Shown one piece after another: positions 47,913 through 61,402 of a stretch of 64,000 nt of DNA. The notes beneath the pieces are model-generated. The model saw only the letters and a list, made by a program, of their open reading frames with translations, was not told where the DNA came from and did not search any database. Numbering within the stretch: the first letter of the stretch is position 1; every line of letters starts with the position of its first letter. Source of the stretch: Bugula neritina (Eukaryota > Animalia > Bryozoa); contig OZ037773.1 in the NCBI GenBank assembly GCA_964035545.1, positions 7,593,751 to 7,657,750 on the forward strand. The letters are read 5' to 3'. The translations under genes and the position numbers were made by a program.

Positions 47913-50900
47913 ATGTCTCTTTGTTTATGGCGGAAGAAGAAACTTCTTACAGGATTCACAACAGTGTTCCTGATTATGGCCCTGTATTTCACTCACTGTA
48001 GTTTAAGTGAGTTTGAAATTCTTTCACAAACACACGCACACACACATTCGAATGCATGCATATCTCTGTTATTAGCCATTTTCATTAAATCCTATAAGAT
48101 CTAATGTACTCAGGTACTAAGGCATACTCAGGTACTCTAGTAAAGTGCACTCATGGAAACTTTTCTAAACACCGGTTTCATTTTTTAGGTATTCCCTTCC
48201 TTAATCTGGGATTTATTTACATGCATATCTTCTACAGCAGGAGAGTCTACCATTTCCTTTTTGGCTGCTCCTGAGCTCTCCATGTCTAGATATCAATGGC
48301 CTTTGGAGCTAAGCCGCGCCCATTTGAATCACCTAATCGAAGAGTATAAAAGAGGAAATGCTTCAATACAGCCAATAACAACTGATAATTTCACCATCAC
48401 ACTTTTACCAGCTACTCGGCTTTGTAAAGGTAATAATATCTGTTATGGTTTTATGTGAATGAAGTGCCAAAATGAAACGTCCATGCCACTTCGCTTTTTG
48501 ACGAGCAGTTACAATACAGTCCACGGTGTTACGTAAAACTGTATAACCAATCAAAACTGCAAAAAATTATTTTCAAAGTGCACAGTACAATTTCAACTAC
48601 TTACATAACCTCAAAACATTATTCACCATATAGAGTAATTGAAAAATAAGAGAAATCTAGTTGATTCTGAAAATATTTAACTTATAATTTTTATGTTTTT
48701 GTAGTAGATCCAGTTATGTTATATAATAATACCATGATTATTAAAGTTGCAAATATTGTCTTTAATTATACAGCCACTGTTAATTTTTGTTAGTTTTTGT
48801 ACTTTTGGTGTAAAGCTTAGCTAATTGCATTATAGTAGACGTATGTAACCCATAAGCTATAGTTGATGTATGTGCAGGCAGGCACTGGGCTCTAAATAGC
48901 AAAAATAAAAGAGCCTACATATAAGAATAGATGCTTACCATAGCTGTTGGTAGTTTGTGTTAATTGCATAATATTTATCATGCATTGAAAATGAAACTCG
49001 GCAACTATTAAAAAGCACTGTTAAAAACTTGAAATGAGACAAACTTTTAAATTTTTGTGCAGTAAGTTTAGACACTTGAATAGTTGTGGTTGGTGTCTAC
49101 AGTTGGGATTTTGTCTACGGCAAACAGAGCAACATATTATAAACTACATAATACGTTCCTTGGGGCTCTTTTATGTACATAATAACCATTATAATTTATA
49201 CACATATACAGCTAGTCTAATTACTGTCCTAATAAAGACCAGAGTTGAAGACAGGCGTAACAGAGATTTACTGAGACAGACGTGGATAGAAGATCTACAC
49301 AAGTATAATCTGCAGCACAGTTTTCTACTCGGTCTGGTTGATACTCTGCCTACTGCAATTTATTAATATAGTTATTTTCTATTTTACCTACAATTTTAAC
49401 AAATATAAATAACTTAATTGAATCAGCTATAAATTTGACATCAAAACAAAACACTTGCATTTAAAGAGGTTTTTTTTCAAATATCAATATGTCTATTTTC
49501 TTTAGAAACCAGTACCACTTTCATGTGTTGCATGTCATAAGATTTGGATAATGCAGTTGAAAGTACCTACTACATCAATTGATTGAGCAACAATTTAAAG
49601 CATATGTATATTGCATGATGATCACACCTAATGCATATAAAATTAACTAAACTACATTTGCAGGTCAATGCAAGTCAACAGAATGCAATAATACTTTAAA
49701 ATTGGAGTTATCTGAACATGAGGATATCGTCCAAGGAGATTTTATTGATGCGTATCTTAACAACACACTGAAGTTCAGAATGGGTCTGAAATATATAACT
49801 AATCATTGTGATAAGAGTGACTACGTGCTGATCATAGATGGAGACTACAGCCTCAATGTTAAAAGGTACATAGCTAGTAGTAGTATTATATATGTGTGTG
49901 TGTGTCTTAGCTTCACATTCACCTTATTATCTTAAATAGGATTAAGTACATTATATGTCCTGCATGTTAACGTTGACTTAATTAAACATCCTAAATAAGT
50001 TTATTTTTGAATAATGTAATGTTACAAGTATGGATTGTTACATTTACTGCAATTAACTATAGTGAAATTATAAACAAAACTAACTTGCAATCAAATAAAT
50101 AGCTATACTGTATATTTAATGGGAAGCTTAAATTATAACTGAAAACTTGTAAGCTTAAACTATTGATCAATATATTATTATAATGTGTTTAGCTGAAAAA
50201 GCAAATCTGGGTTACTCTGGTTAATGAGTAAAGGCTCTCAATTTTATGCAAAAAACTTAATTTTTTGACATCAGAAAAATAGCCTAATGTCATAACAAAA
50301 GATAGCAGCATGAATGACAAAACTATTTTTGTGTAAATATAAGTTACCCATCATATACATAGGGCTACTTGTATGTATGATGTATACATATGATCTACGT
50401 ATATATTGGGTGACAGTACATAGACAGATGAAAGCGTTATTTGTGCTTGCAGATTACTTGAATACATTGAGGAATTAAACTATCCAAAAGATCTGTATGC
50501 AGGACGAGTATGGCCAAACTCTCCACCATTTAGAGATCCAAAGAACCAGCATTACATGAGCTATAAGTTCTACCCTTTCAAGTTTCTTCCTCCGTTTATA
50601 GCTGCCGGTGCTAGTCTTCTTTCTACAAGCTTACTGCAAAATATGAGTATAATAGCACACTACACTAAATACGTGCCATACGACGATATATTCTATGGTA
50701 AGAGGCCTCCCACGCTTTCCTACCAACAGACTGTGACAATGATTCTGAATGGCTGAAACTGGCCTTAGTTGTTTTTGATTAACCAATTATATTTTATTGT
50801 AGGTATGGTGGCTAGAAAGTTGAATATTGCCTTGACTGATGCTACCCACCTTATTCCATCCTATGTAGTACCTAAAATAAATGAGACAAACATTCATAGA

Positions 50901-50984
50901 AATCTCATTGGGTCCCACAGATTTGGTAACTTAACTGAGGTTGAACTGATACATCATATTATTCACAACACGACAAAGGGATAA
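47913..50984 (+). CDS. brn: GT31 beta-1,3-glycosyltransferase, brainiac/bre-5-like, copy 3 (about 344 aa)
   Basis: Exons 47913-48006, 48238-48429 (NAGNAG acceptor, alternative start 48241), 49212-49331, 49664-49865, 50453-50697, 50803-50984; 1035 nt in frame; same motifs as copy 1. Confidence 0.86.
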
Positions 50985-51402
50985 AGTTTAATTTATTTAC
51001 TGAAAATGTTATCAAGTTGATTGAATTCACCAAATTTGTAATTGCTTAGCAAAATGTCAAAAATATTTTACATGAGTAGCCTATATAGATTTAACTCAAA
51101 AAACTTTATGTAGTTTGTATAAAAAATGAATTACAATTTTGCCTGAAAAACTGCTCACTGTTTCCCAACTTTGTACTTGGCTCATTTTATATTTTATTTT
51201 TAGCTGTGATATTATATTGTGACCTTTTGTAGCATGGCAATACTTTTAGTTAATACAATGTGCTTTTCGAAAGAAATGTTAGTCAAGCAACCATTTCCGT
51301 TGCCTCATCAACTGGTACATTAGATCATTAAAGCACCATAATATTATTTGTGTCCCTCAAGGTTATAATATGACTATTGTAGTAATGAGTTTACCCATTA
51401 TT

Positions 51403-51632
51403 TCGTGTGGTGTAATGGTTAGCACACTTGCTTGCAAGCCAGAGGTTTTGGGTTCAAATCCTAGTAGGGGCAATTATTTTTCAAGCTATTCCAGGCTTGT
51501 CTAATAGAAGTACTCTCAGGGAATTGAGTGGTGAGTGGAGCCCATAAACTGACAGAGCACGTGGGGCCAGTGCGGTTCTGAGGAAAACTGGGTGGGATGT
51601 TGTTTGGAATCCTGGTGCGGGCAATTATTTTA
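51403..51632 (+). mobile_element. tRNA-derived SINE (family B)
   Basis: A-box tggtgtaatggttagc and B-box ggttcaaatcc, without a complete acceptor stem; gggcaattatttt is repeated. Confidence 0.55.
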
Positions 51633-53629
51633 CAACTGTAGTACAGTTACATACAACTTTTTAATATTCGAATATATTTCACATAAACAACTTGATTGGA
51701 GGGAAGTTGGCTAGCAACACAAAACATCACTTATGAGAACAGTCAATTTACATAAAATTTTACCTTTGACTAAATTTGTAAAGAATTTGTAAAGAAGTTG
51801 CTATATTAATAATAATACATGAATTTGTAAAGAGGCTATTATAACAATAATAAACTGCAAAGCAACGCATAAAGCAAAACTGTACTAATACACACATTGC
51901 AGTTAAATTGTATAATTAAAAAGACAGCAACAAGCTGATATATCAAATGTACCGATACTGAATTACAGATGCCAAAGGCAGATTTATAAATACTGATTTA
52001 GCATTTGTGACTTATATAATGAGATTTGAATATATGTATTTCTCTAATATATATTTAATTTACAAATAGTGGCAACCAAGATAATGCATTCAAAGGGGTT
52101 TTCTGCTGATTAAGGGATAGAAGGTGGGGGGATACAGTATGTATAAGTAGGATTATGCCGCAATTCTATTGCATCTATCTTTTTTATTTTAGCTAGGTGA
52201 TGTGAGGAGGGAGGGTGTGTGCACATTCTCTTTCATCATGTTAATTTATCAAATTTACTTTTTAAATTTTACCCCCTTAGTCCACATCTCTTTTGGATTA
52301 TTGCAGTGCCGAAAAGTTGATGCGTATTAAACTCGCTGTGGCAACCTTAACTATTTTTAGTCGAATTCTTCAAATATATAAGCGTCTTCTTAGGTGTAAG
52401 CTTTTATCGACATTCGTGAAAAAGTTACTCTAGACGTCAGTGAGTGCCCACATATCAATGAAAACAGCTAACTTTTATACCTATCATTTTAAGTTGCGCT
52501 CATGCCAACCCACCTCCAAGTCCAATGATTACCATAATTTTTGTTGCTATTGTATGCAATATTTATGGTGATCGTCTGTATCATAATAATATATATTATA
52601 GTATATTAACATAGCATCAGCATGGCTTGAATATTTTATTGTAATTTATCATTTGTTGTATTCCTCATCTTTAAAATTTGACGACTATCACTATGAGTAT
52701 GAGTTATTCTAATTCATTTGGATTTTATTCTTTGCTTTGTCCATCACTTAGAATGACCATCACTATAAGTATCGGTATAAGTATGGATAAATCGGTAATC
52801 GCTTGAGTTGCCATTATGGTTATCAATGTGATTATCATTACATTTAGTTTTACTGTTACGATTTGGGTTAAAATAATGATCATTATGATTATGATTATGG
52901 TTATCTTATTCCTTAGCCTAATACTAATACAGTAATAGTAATACTAATACTAATAGTATAAACTAATAAAGGCTTATAATCAATGAACCTACAATCAAAT
53001 ACATTTCTTGCCCAACTGCCATTATGCACACAATAGGAATAAAGAGCTCACAATTCAATCACAATTACAGACACTGAAAGTAAATAGTTCAAGTTGTTAG
53101 TATGAAAAATAAAATAATATTAATGACAATTAACTTTACAAAAAGGTAAATTTATCATTATCCTTATGTTATTAGTATTTCACTTTTCAGACCAACAACT
53201 ATATAATTTTAGTGTCTGTGATTGAAACGGGTTGTTTTAGATCAAGACATAACTAAAAAAATTATACTCTTATTACATTTATGATTATTCTTTTTATTTG
53301 TATTGGAGCTGATATTTATTATCACTATGATACTAAATTTAATATTCATATTGAATTTTATTTATAGCATTAAGTTTGCTTAATCTGTATGAATCACTCA
53401 ATTTGGTTAGTTATTATGCTACAATGCCACTAAGGTTTGCAAATATTTCAAGTTGTAAATTTAAGCACCACATAAATAAAGTGTTTTTCATGATGTGGTG
53501 ATAATACGTTTAACAAAAATGTTTAGGCTAAAGTGATTTTTATTATCATGTTTTTAATCTAAAATATTTGCAATCGCTTTATAATTTTTCATTTTTGCTT
53601 ATAGGTTTTTACTGGGTATAAACTTCATC

Positions 53630-56600
53630 ATGGCATCTAGCATTGATAAGAAAACATTGCTAATAAAGAACTTACCTCCCATCTTTTCTTCTACACAAGT
53701 GCAAGAATTTTGCACTCTTTACGGAGCTCAATCGGTAAAATACTTTGGCTCAAAAGGAAGAATGAAGCATTCTGCATTTGCTACTTTCTCCTCCGCTGCC
53801 GCTTGTCGAACAGCATTAGCACAGCTTCACCAACAGTCTGTATTGAATTACATTTTACGTGTAGAATACGCAAACGTAAAGCAGCATGAGTCAGTCGCTG
53901 CCGAGGCGCCTTGCCTTTTCAACCAACCTCAAACGCCAGCATCCATACAGGAGTCACAGTCTGTTAAAGTAGCAGACGCTGAGCTAACGTCTAAACTGGA
54001 CTACCTTTCTAAGTCCTGGGATATACAATACAACTTTAGCGATCAGACTTTCTACAGATATCCACTGCCAACAGAAGAGACGCTGCAGAATATACTTCAC
54101 TGCATGGCTTCGGTACCAAAATTCTACGTTCAAGTTTTACACCTGATGAACAAAATGAATTTACCTCCACCTTTTGGAGAGCTGACGACACAACCGCCTC
54201 TTCGCAAGTCATGTCTGTCGCCACTTTCTGCAGATTTAAGCTCCTCCGAGTCGGAGTTGGAAAGTTCAGAAGAAAATGATAGCAAATTAAAAGTCACAAA
54301 AAGTATATTATTTTCTACTTTTACATGTTGTTTGTCTATTTGACTGTGTAATGTAATGTAAAGCTTTAATTTGTTACTTTATGCAAATCAGTTATTTTAG
54401 ATTTCTTGTGAAATATACAGAAGTATTCTGGTCTGCATGTAAGATTTGATCTACCCATAGTTTTCATCCTTAACTATAGTCTTTTAATTATTTAATGTCA
54501 TTTTGTTTTAAATTTAATATTTTGCTAATTTTGTTTAGAGGAGTCAAAAGTAGCAAAGCCTATTTCTTGTCATGGGAACTGGAAATGGCAGTGTATTGTA
54601 TGAAAATATTTTAGGTGTCCCGAGGAAATCATGTAAAAGAGTGAATCTGCCTCAACAAACCCAACTGTACGCCAAAAGATTGAAGTCTCAGCTAGATGTA
54701 CCAGCACAGGTTCCGCCTTCATGTAAGCTACTGGCCCAGTTATTGGTGTGGATATCTGAGTTAGAAAATTTAGGTTTTTGTAGGCTACAGCTTATGGTTA
54801 TAAACAGATTCTAATCTATAATTTCTCTTGTTTTATTCTCTAAGCTAACACATTAGTTTCCTCTTGTACAAGTTGTAGATGTACTGTCACTTTATATTGA
54901 ATAATCCATTCAAATTGCATCACAAATGTTCGTATTTTGATCATTTTATTTTTATTGCTGCAAGTCCCTGTTTATTACAGCTGCAACATTTTTTGTCTTG
55001 TTTATTCCATGTGATGTGCTGTTGATAGCAATGCTGACGTGAGTTGTAATTGCAGTAAATGCTGACAAGCCGAAAGCTGTTGCTATACAAGATGTCTTTG
55101 AAGTAGTCCGAGAACAAGCCAAGCAGGCTCAGATAACTCTAGCCACTCAGACTATAGCATTACCTACAGATCAGGTGAGGTCAAATTACCTACAGATCAG
55201 GTGAGGTCAAAAGGTTGTCAATTACAGTCAGTTATATTATAATGCTGCTCTTATATATTATAAAGCTGGTCATATATATTGTAATGCAGGTTATATATAT
55301 TATAATTCAGGGCGTATATTTCACTATGTATATAATATATATTGTTAGACAGATAGCAAATTGCAACGCTGAAATGTGTAATCAGCTTGTTCATTGACAA
55401 ACTCAAATCATGTTCAACTGATTGCATTATTATTCTACCAATGTGTTGCATTCATATCCATTATATCCAGTATATCCCGGTATATGCGTTTTGTGTCAGT
55501 GTTTTACATTAAAAAGTAGAATTTTTCTCAAACATGGGTACAAAAGTACTAAATAGTTGACCTGCCTACACAGAGCTCTGAATCAAGTTATTTTCCCGTC
55601 GTAATGTTCACTGCTACGATGTTGTGTTGCAGCCGCATTCCTCCACTTCAGAGCCTTCTGATTCATTTGGTAAGATTGAAAGACCTGTGCAGCAGACTGG
55701 GTTCGTGCGGCAGACTGAGCACGTGCAGCAGGCGGAGCTAATGGAGTCTCAGGTGATCAGTTCCGACCAATCACAAGGACCAACAGCTACTCCGTATATT
55801 ACTGCCAGGTATTCTTTTCTTTCTTCTGATTTAGGCCCTCTTTGGCGTGAGCATTGTTGAATAAAAATTTTGAGAAGTTCTCTTCTCTTGTCAGTAATGC
55901 ATTGGAACAAAGTACAAGTTGGAATCCTAACACCATGTAATGCTTGCGCAGCATATCACATCAGCATTTCATTCTATCTAACGAGCATTCTTAACTGCAA
56001 CATATCCACGGCCAATCTGGAGGCATTTTTCAAGCCTGGATTCGTAAAAGATTTGTTTGTATGGTTATTGTACTTGTGAATTGAGAGTTGTCTACTTTAC
56101 AGCGATGAGATTAAACAAGGAAAGATAACTCTATTTTATCCACTACATAATAATTATTAACAATTAAGTCAGAGCAATGCTGAATAAATCTTGTGTTGGA
56201 CAGAGATATGCTGTTTGTCACACGGAGAATGGTTACCATTTTATACACAGAAGTTGTTTCACCTCGCTTGTTGATTTAAACAGAATTTCTATTCATGAAG
56301 CGGGTAACTAATACCTTCCCCTCACTGCTGTGTCCTGGTTTTAGAGAACTCAGGGAAGGTGCACTGCCTGAGGAGGAGATGGACAGCCACCCTCTCTTGA
56401 AGAAATATTCACCTGGAGAGCCAACTCACAGGCTATATGTCAAGAATTTGGCTAAACAGACGACTTCTGATCAGCTGAGATATATATTTGGCAGGTGAGT
56501 TGTGTGCAGGTGAGTTGTGTGCAGGTGGGTTGTGACAGGTGAGTTGGTGCAGGTAATCTGCGAGCTGCGTCACTTTAGGCTGAGGCTGGTTGTCAAAGTG

Positions 56601-57168
56601 CTGGTAAATTATCTGATTTTATCTACTTGTGCTGTGAGTTAATGCATAGTTTGGGGAGTAACTGTGGTGTGGTGGTTAGAGTGCTGGCTTAGTAAACACA
56701 AGGTTAGTGGTTCATGTCCGAACACCATTGGTGATGTTATGAAGAACATCTGGTCATAATTGCTCCTGTGCCTCATGTGAATAAGTTTGCTTAAAAAAGC
56801 TCTTGCCATCAGGGGTTCTCACAGGGATAGTGACTATAGTGTAGGTTATTGCATATTGGACAAGCTTTGGGTCTCTTATAGGTTAACAGCTGTTGTATGT
56901 TTCAGGGGAAGCAACTTCTTAATGCTACATTGAGAGACTAGGTTTGTTTACGAATAATACCATTGCTTGTTGCAGATATGTTGACTGGAACAATGAAAGT
57001 GAGGCTGAGGCATTCGATATCCGTCACATGACTGAAGGTCGAATGAAAGGTCAAGCTTTCGTGACCCTTCCCAACATCGATGCTGCCCAGGCAGCTCTGA
57101 AAGAATGCCATTTGTACAGATTAAATAGCAGGCCTATGATTGTGGCTTTTGGTAAAGCTCACACTTGA
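53630..57168 (+). CDS. RNPC3: RNA-binding region-containing protein 3 (U11/U12 snRNP 65K), about 472 aa
   Basis: Exons 53630-54302, 54615-54722, 55056-55174, 55633-55808, 56345-56494, 56976-57168; 1419 nt in frame. RRM1 (GRMKHSAFATF), VPKFYVQVLHLMNKMNLPPPFG, SSSESELESSEE, RRM2 (YSPGEPTHRLYVKNLAK, MTEGRMKGQAFVTLP, RPMIVAFGK). Confidence 0.95.
56655..56840 (+). mobile_element. SINE family A copy in the last RNPC3 intron
   Basis: tggtgtggtggttagagtgctgg..gatgttatgaagaacatctggtcataattgctcctgtgcc..ctcacagggatagtgactata. Confidence 0.75.
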
Positions 57169-58347
57169 CTTGTGCGCGTACATTTTCTGGACATTGTTTA
57201 TATAACTGTATTTTGTATGCATATCTGTATAGTGGTGATAGTCTCTAAGCTAAGGCTATGCTTCACAAATTAGTTCACAGTGAACCTTGTACAAGCTTAT
57301 TTAGTATTGAATTATTTTTATTTTGTTGTTTTCTTTTTTTGAATATATTAATTCAATCTATAATCTTATCACCCATGTTTCTGTAACGTTGCTATATATT
57401 TTGTATCTATAGTATATCATGTAAAATATTGTACATATTATAATTATTACAATAAAAACTTGCGCAGCTGCCTGTGTGTTGTAAATTTAACGGTTAATAT
57501 ACTTATTTTGTGTATTATGATTGGTATACCCCTTGCATTGCATCTGGACGCTAGTGTGTATTTGGTGTAAAGATTTAATTGAAATTAACATCTCTGTGTT
57601 CATTGTACAAAACCATATAATTAGCATAACTATAGTGTGGACTTGAATATTAAACAATTGGTAAGAAGTAACATATTATTAATTATTCTATGTGACCACT
57701 ATAAGCTTACTGGTGAGTTTCTATTCAAAGTAAAGAGGCATGTTAACAGCTTTTGTTTTCGTTCTGAATTTCTCCACTGTTCATCTTCAGCAACTGGTTA
57801 ATGAACAGCTAAAGCTAATCACCTTACAATACAAGACAACTCCCACATATTAGGTTTTTCTGATAGACTATTGTAGCTTCAATAATTTATGATAAAACTT
57901 ATAGAAACAAACCAACACAAAGTAAAATAAGCCAAATGCTGAGAATTTTGTTTATCTCATGCTTTTCATCAAGTAAGCAGAAACAGCAGCAGCAGCAGCC
58001 ATAGTAGATGCACTTGGTGCTTTTTTGAAACTAACTCTCAAATGAGTCTAGGAAATTGTGTGATAAAATTTGTTTTCAATTTTGCTACGTAGGTGCTAAA
58101 ATTGCTTCAATTTATAACAAACTATTTTTGTTCAACAAATATATATCACGCAAGTAATGATGCATGAAATATTTGCAGTGCATCATATAGATTTATATAG
58201 GCAAGCTTTTACTAAAAGTACATGGTATTATAAAAATTTTAGTAAAATTGAATGTATGTATTATCTTGAAAGCTATTTTTGAGTCAATATTTTACGTGGA
58301 GAATTATGTGTTACCAAGTGCATTGCAACAGTTACCACTAAACATGC

Positions 58348-59908
58348 TCAACATATAATATCTGGTATACGGGAGCATCTATTAGGGATTCGAGCTTGAA
58401 CAATGGTAGAAAAATCACAGCTTACTCCTGCAGGCAAGCTGGGGAATTTCCGGTTTCGTAGCGAACTTGACTTAGATTGGTTCACTACACTGTGACCTTT
58501 TGAGTAATTTGAGTTACACACAACACGAACTACGACTCTGCAGTATAAAGTTGAACTTCTTCTTTGGACGGATCTTTTATCTTTACATGTAATCATGCCA
58601 ACCTTTTAAAGATATAAAGATACAAACTTAGCCATATAGCAAAATGTTGCATGAGAGGCATTGCATTTATATAATATTATATTAACTAAATATTTTTGTT
58701 ATCAATGCAACGATGCAAAAAATAAATCTCTCCATTGTTAAAACAGCTTTAGACAGTATTGTATGTATAACATTTTATACTCAGAAGTGCTTCATGCATA
58801 GAAAATATTTATTTGATTTCTTTTTCTCCAAGCCTTGTTTGTAGTAAAACTTAGTTTCAAGAAAATTTAAAAAAAATATTTAAAATATCTACTTTTACCA
58901 AAATTGCATTTTATAGCGTTATTGTTTAAACACTTTCAGAAATTTGTGTAAACAGCATCCCAGTTATAGGTGTATCATTACCAAGTAGAGATAACACAAG
59001 CTACAATACCCTTATTACTTGTACCTGAGTTGAATGGGCATCTGTAAAGGCCCCTTTACATGCACCAGGTCTTCCTCGAGATCTACGGCTATGACTGATC
59101 ATTCGACTTCTGTATGAAGAGCGTTTAGATCTTGTGATAGGGTCAAGGTTCTCATCAACACTTGTGTCATTCCACAGCTGTAATGTTATAGTAGCCATGA
59201 TTATTGGAGAGTGTGGTTTCTGCTCTTACTCTATTACTCTTGTGTTACTCTTGCTCCAAATTTGAATAATGAGTGAACGCGCGTGTGTACGTGTGCATGT
59301 GCGTGTGTTGTATGTGTGCGCATTCCGTTCCTAATAACGATAGTGCAGCTTGCAACTAAAGAATTATAAATCTTTTACTTGCAAACATCACAAAATAAAT
59401 ATAATAAAAAGGCCGAATAAATTCAAGAGCAATAAAGATTGCGGTTTCAAGCCAATCTGAGTCCCTCTAACCAAGAGATGATAACTTAAAATTTGATTTC
59501 AAACAAAACAGAAGCATGTGTTGGCAATAATGTTTGAGCATTGAAACCAATAGTCTGACATGAATGCTAACTAAAAACTGATAACTGAAAAAATCTCAAG
59601 TAGTGGTTGGCTATACTCACTCACCGTCATAAAATGCAGCAATCTATTCAAAAAATTTAGGTATGCAAATATCATATTATGATGTTTATTTTAAAAATCT
59701 ACATGTCAGCTGTATGAGTTGGTTATCTTACCTCAATATTTCTGTTATTGCCATTTTTGTGGACAACTAATACGATATTCCTGTTTATATAATGAACAAG
59801 AAAAAATATTGCAACTACCAGAACCAGTGTAAACAAGAATGTCCCAATCACGGCTACATAAATATTAAACCTTCCTTTTTCATGCTTCTTCATATAATTC
59901 TCTTCCAT
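58348..59908 (-). CDS. Uncharacterised type II membrane / prepro-protein with furin site and Cys-rich C-terminus (about 194 aa)
   Basis: Exons 59908-59732, 59177-59025, 58602-58348(TGA), all phase 0 with AG/GT. Hydrophobic segment IYVAVIGTFLFTLVLVVAIFFLVHYI, RSKR site and 7 Cys downstream. Confidence 0.68.
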
Positions 59909-60555
59909 CTTGTATCAAGTACTACTAGCCAAATGCGAGCTAATTAAAGTTCACCAACAATAACACACACTTTGCCAATTTGTATGCTACTCATTGAAGC
60001 TGCAGCAATGAATGTGGAAACGTACACATCCCACGTCTGAAAAGTATACATCATTAGTGGAAGTGTTTCGACAAAAATAATAATGCAGGATGCTGAGTAT
60101 AGAAGAGTCATATAGTTGTTTGACTTGAAGAAGTATTATGATATAAATAATGAGAGTTACGAGTAAAGTGTTTGCTGATTGGCTGATTAGCTTGACATAC
60201 CGCCAAACCACATCTCCGTCTCCTACATTCTTATACATATATGACAGTTTCATATCTCATGTGATCATGAGTGATTAATTGTTTCTTCTTCCTGTTTTTT
60301 CTGCTGAGGTGTTTGTCAAAGCTTTTGGTGTCAAATCAATTTAAATAAAAATCAAATATTCAAAGTAACTTAGAGACTAAACTTGTGGGGCATAGCTGAA
60401 TCACTTTTATTGATTTTGGGCAAGTTTAGGTGGCATGATTTATTTTATTAACCAACGCAAATGCATCATTTTAAATGATATCATGTAGCAAATTAAGATG
60501 TGTAGAAAACGTACTTAACAGAGGACCACAAAACCTAATATATTTAAAAGTTTAA

Positions 60556-60715
60556 AATGTAGCTAAATGTGTCTATTACCAGTTATATCGGTAGTATTCT
60601 AAATGCATGTATCTAAATGTGTGTACATTATTACCAGTTATATCGGTACTCTGTAATATTCTAAATGTAGCTAAATGTGTCTATTACCAGTTATATCGGT
60701 AGTATTCTAAATGCA
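60556..60715. repeat. Short tandem duplication (about 50-bp unit, 3 imperfect copies)
   Basis: tattaccagttatatcggta core repeated three times. Confidence 0.8.
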
Positions 60716-61402
60716 ATTTAGCACGTAATATAGTAGTACAACATTCTATTGGATAGAAGTAAAAAGATACAGAAATAAATACACAACGCAGAAGTTGAGC
60801 AGGGCAAATATTCATTTCATTATAGAAATGCAAAGTTAAATACAACAAATTAGAATATATTATGCTTAGAGTACAGAAGATTTGGTACAACTATTCGGCA
60901 TGAAAGTAGAAGTTTATTTGGAAATGAATTTAAATGGAAATTTTTATTAATTATTAACACAAATTATAAAGGACATGTCCATATCTCAATGCTATTAATA
61001 CTGCACTCATAAGGGTAGCTTATTAAATCACGCGCATTAATTTTATGAATTGCCAACAAAAATGTGAAACAATAGAATAAGGATGATACATTACCTTGAA
61101 TATTCTATAAACTTCTGTAAAATTGTATAAAATGTTATAATATAATATATTATGTGACATTCTAAGGGATTGTAAAGCATTCTATAAAAATCTAAAACGT
61201 ACAAGTTCATAAATTAAAATGTGTTTTATATGATTCTATAGCATTCTGAAACATTGTATAATATATATTGTATAAATTATTCTACAGCATTCTATAAAAT
61301 TTATATTATTAAATATCGTATTCCATAATATTTTACAGCATTTCTAACACACTCGCTGCCCAATATTGTAAGAGAAGTTAACCGAAACGTCTTGTAAACC
61401 AC

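Noticed and set aside
51403-51475. Functional tRNA gene
   Set aside because: A/B boxes are present but there is no complete cloverleaf or acceptor stem; treated as a SINE head, as at 729 and 56655.
57168-58300. Canonical USSE in the RNPC3 3' UTR
   Set aside because: No tandem GTATCYT-type motif found by eye.
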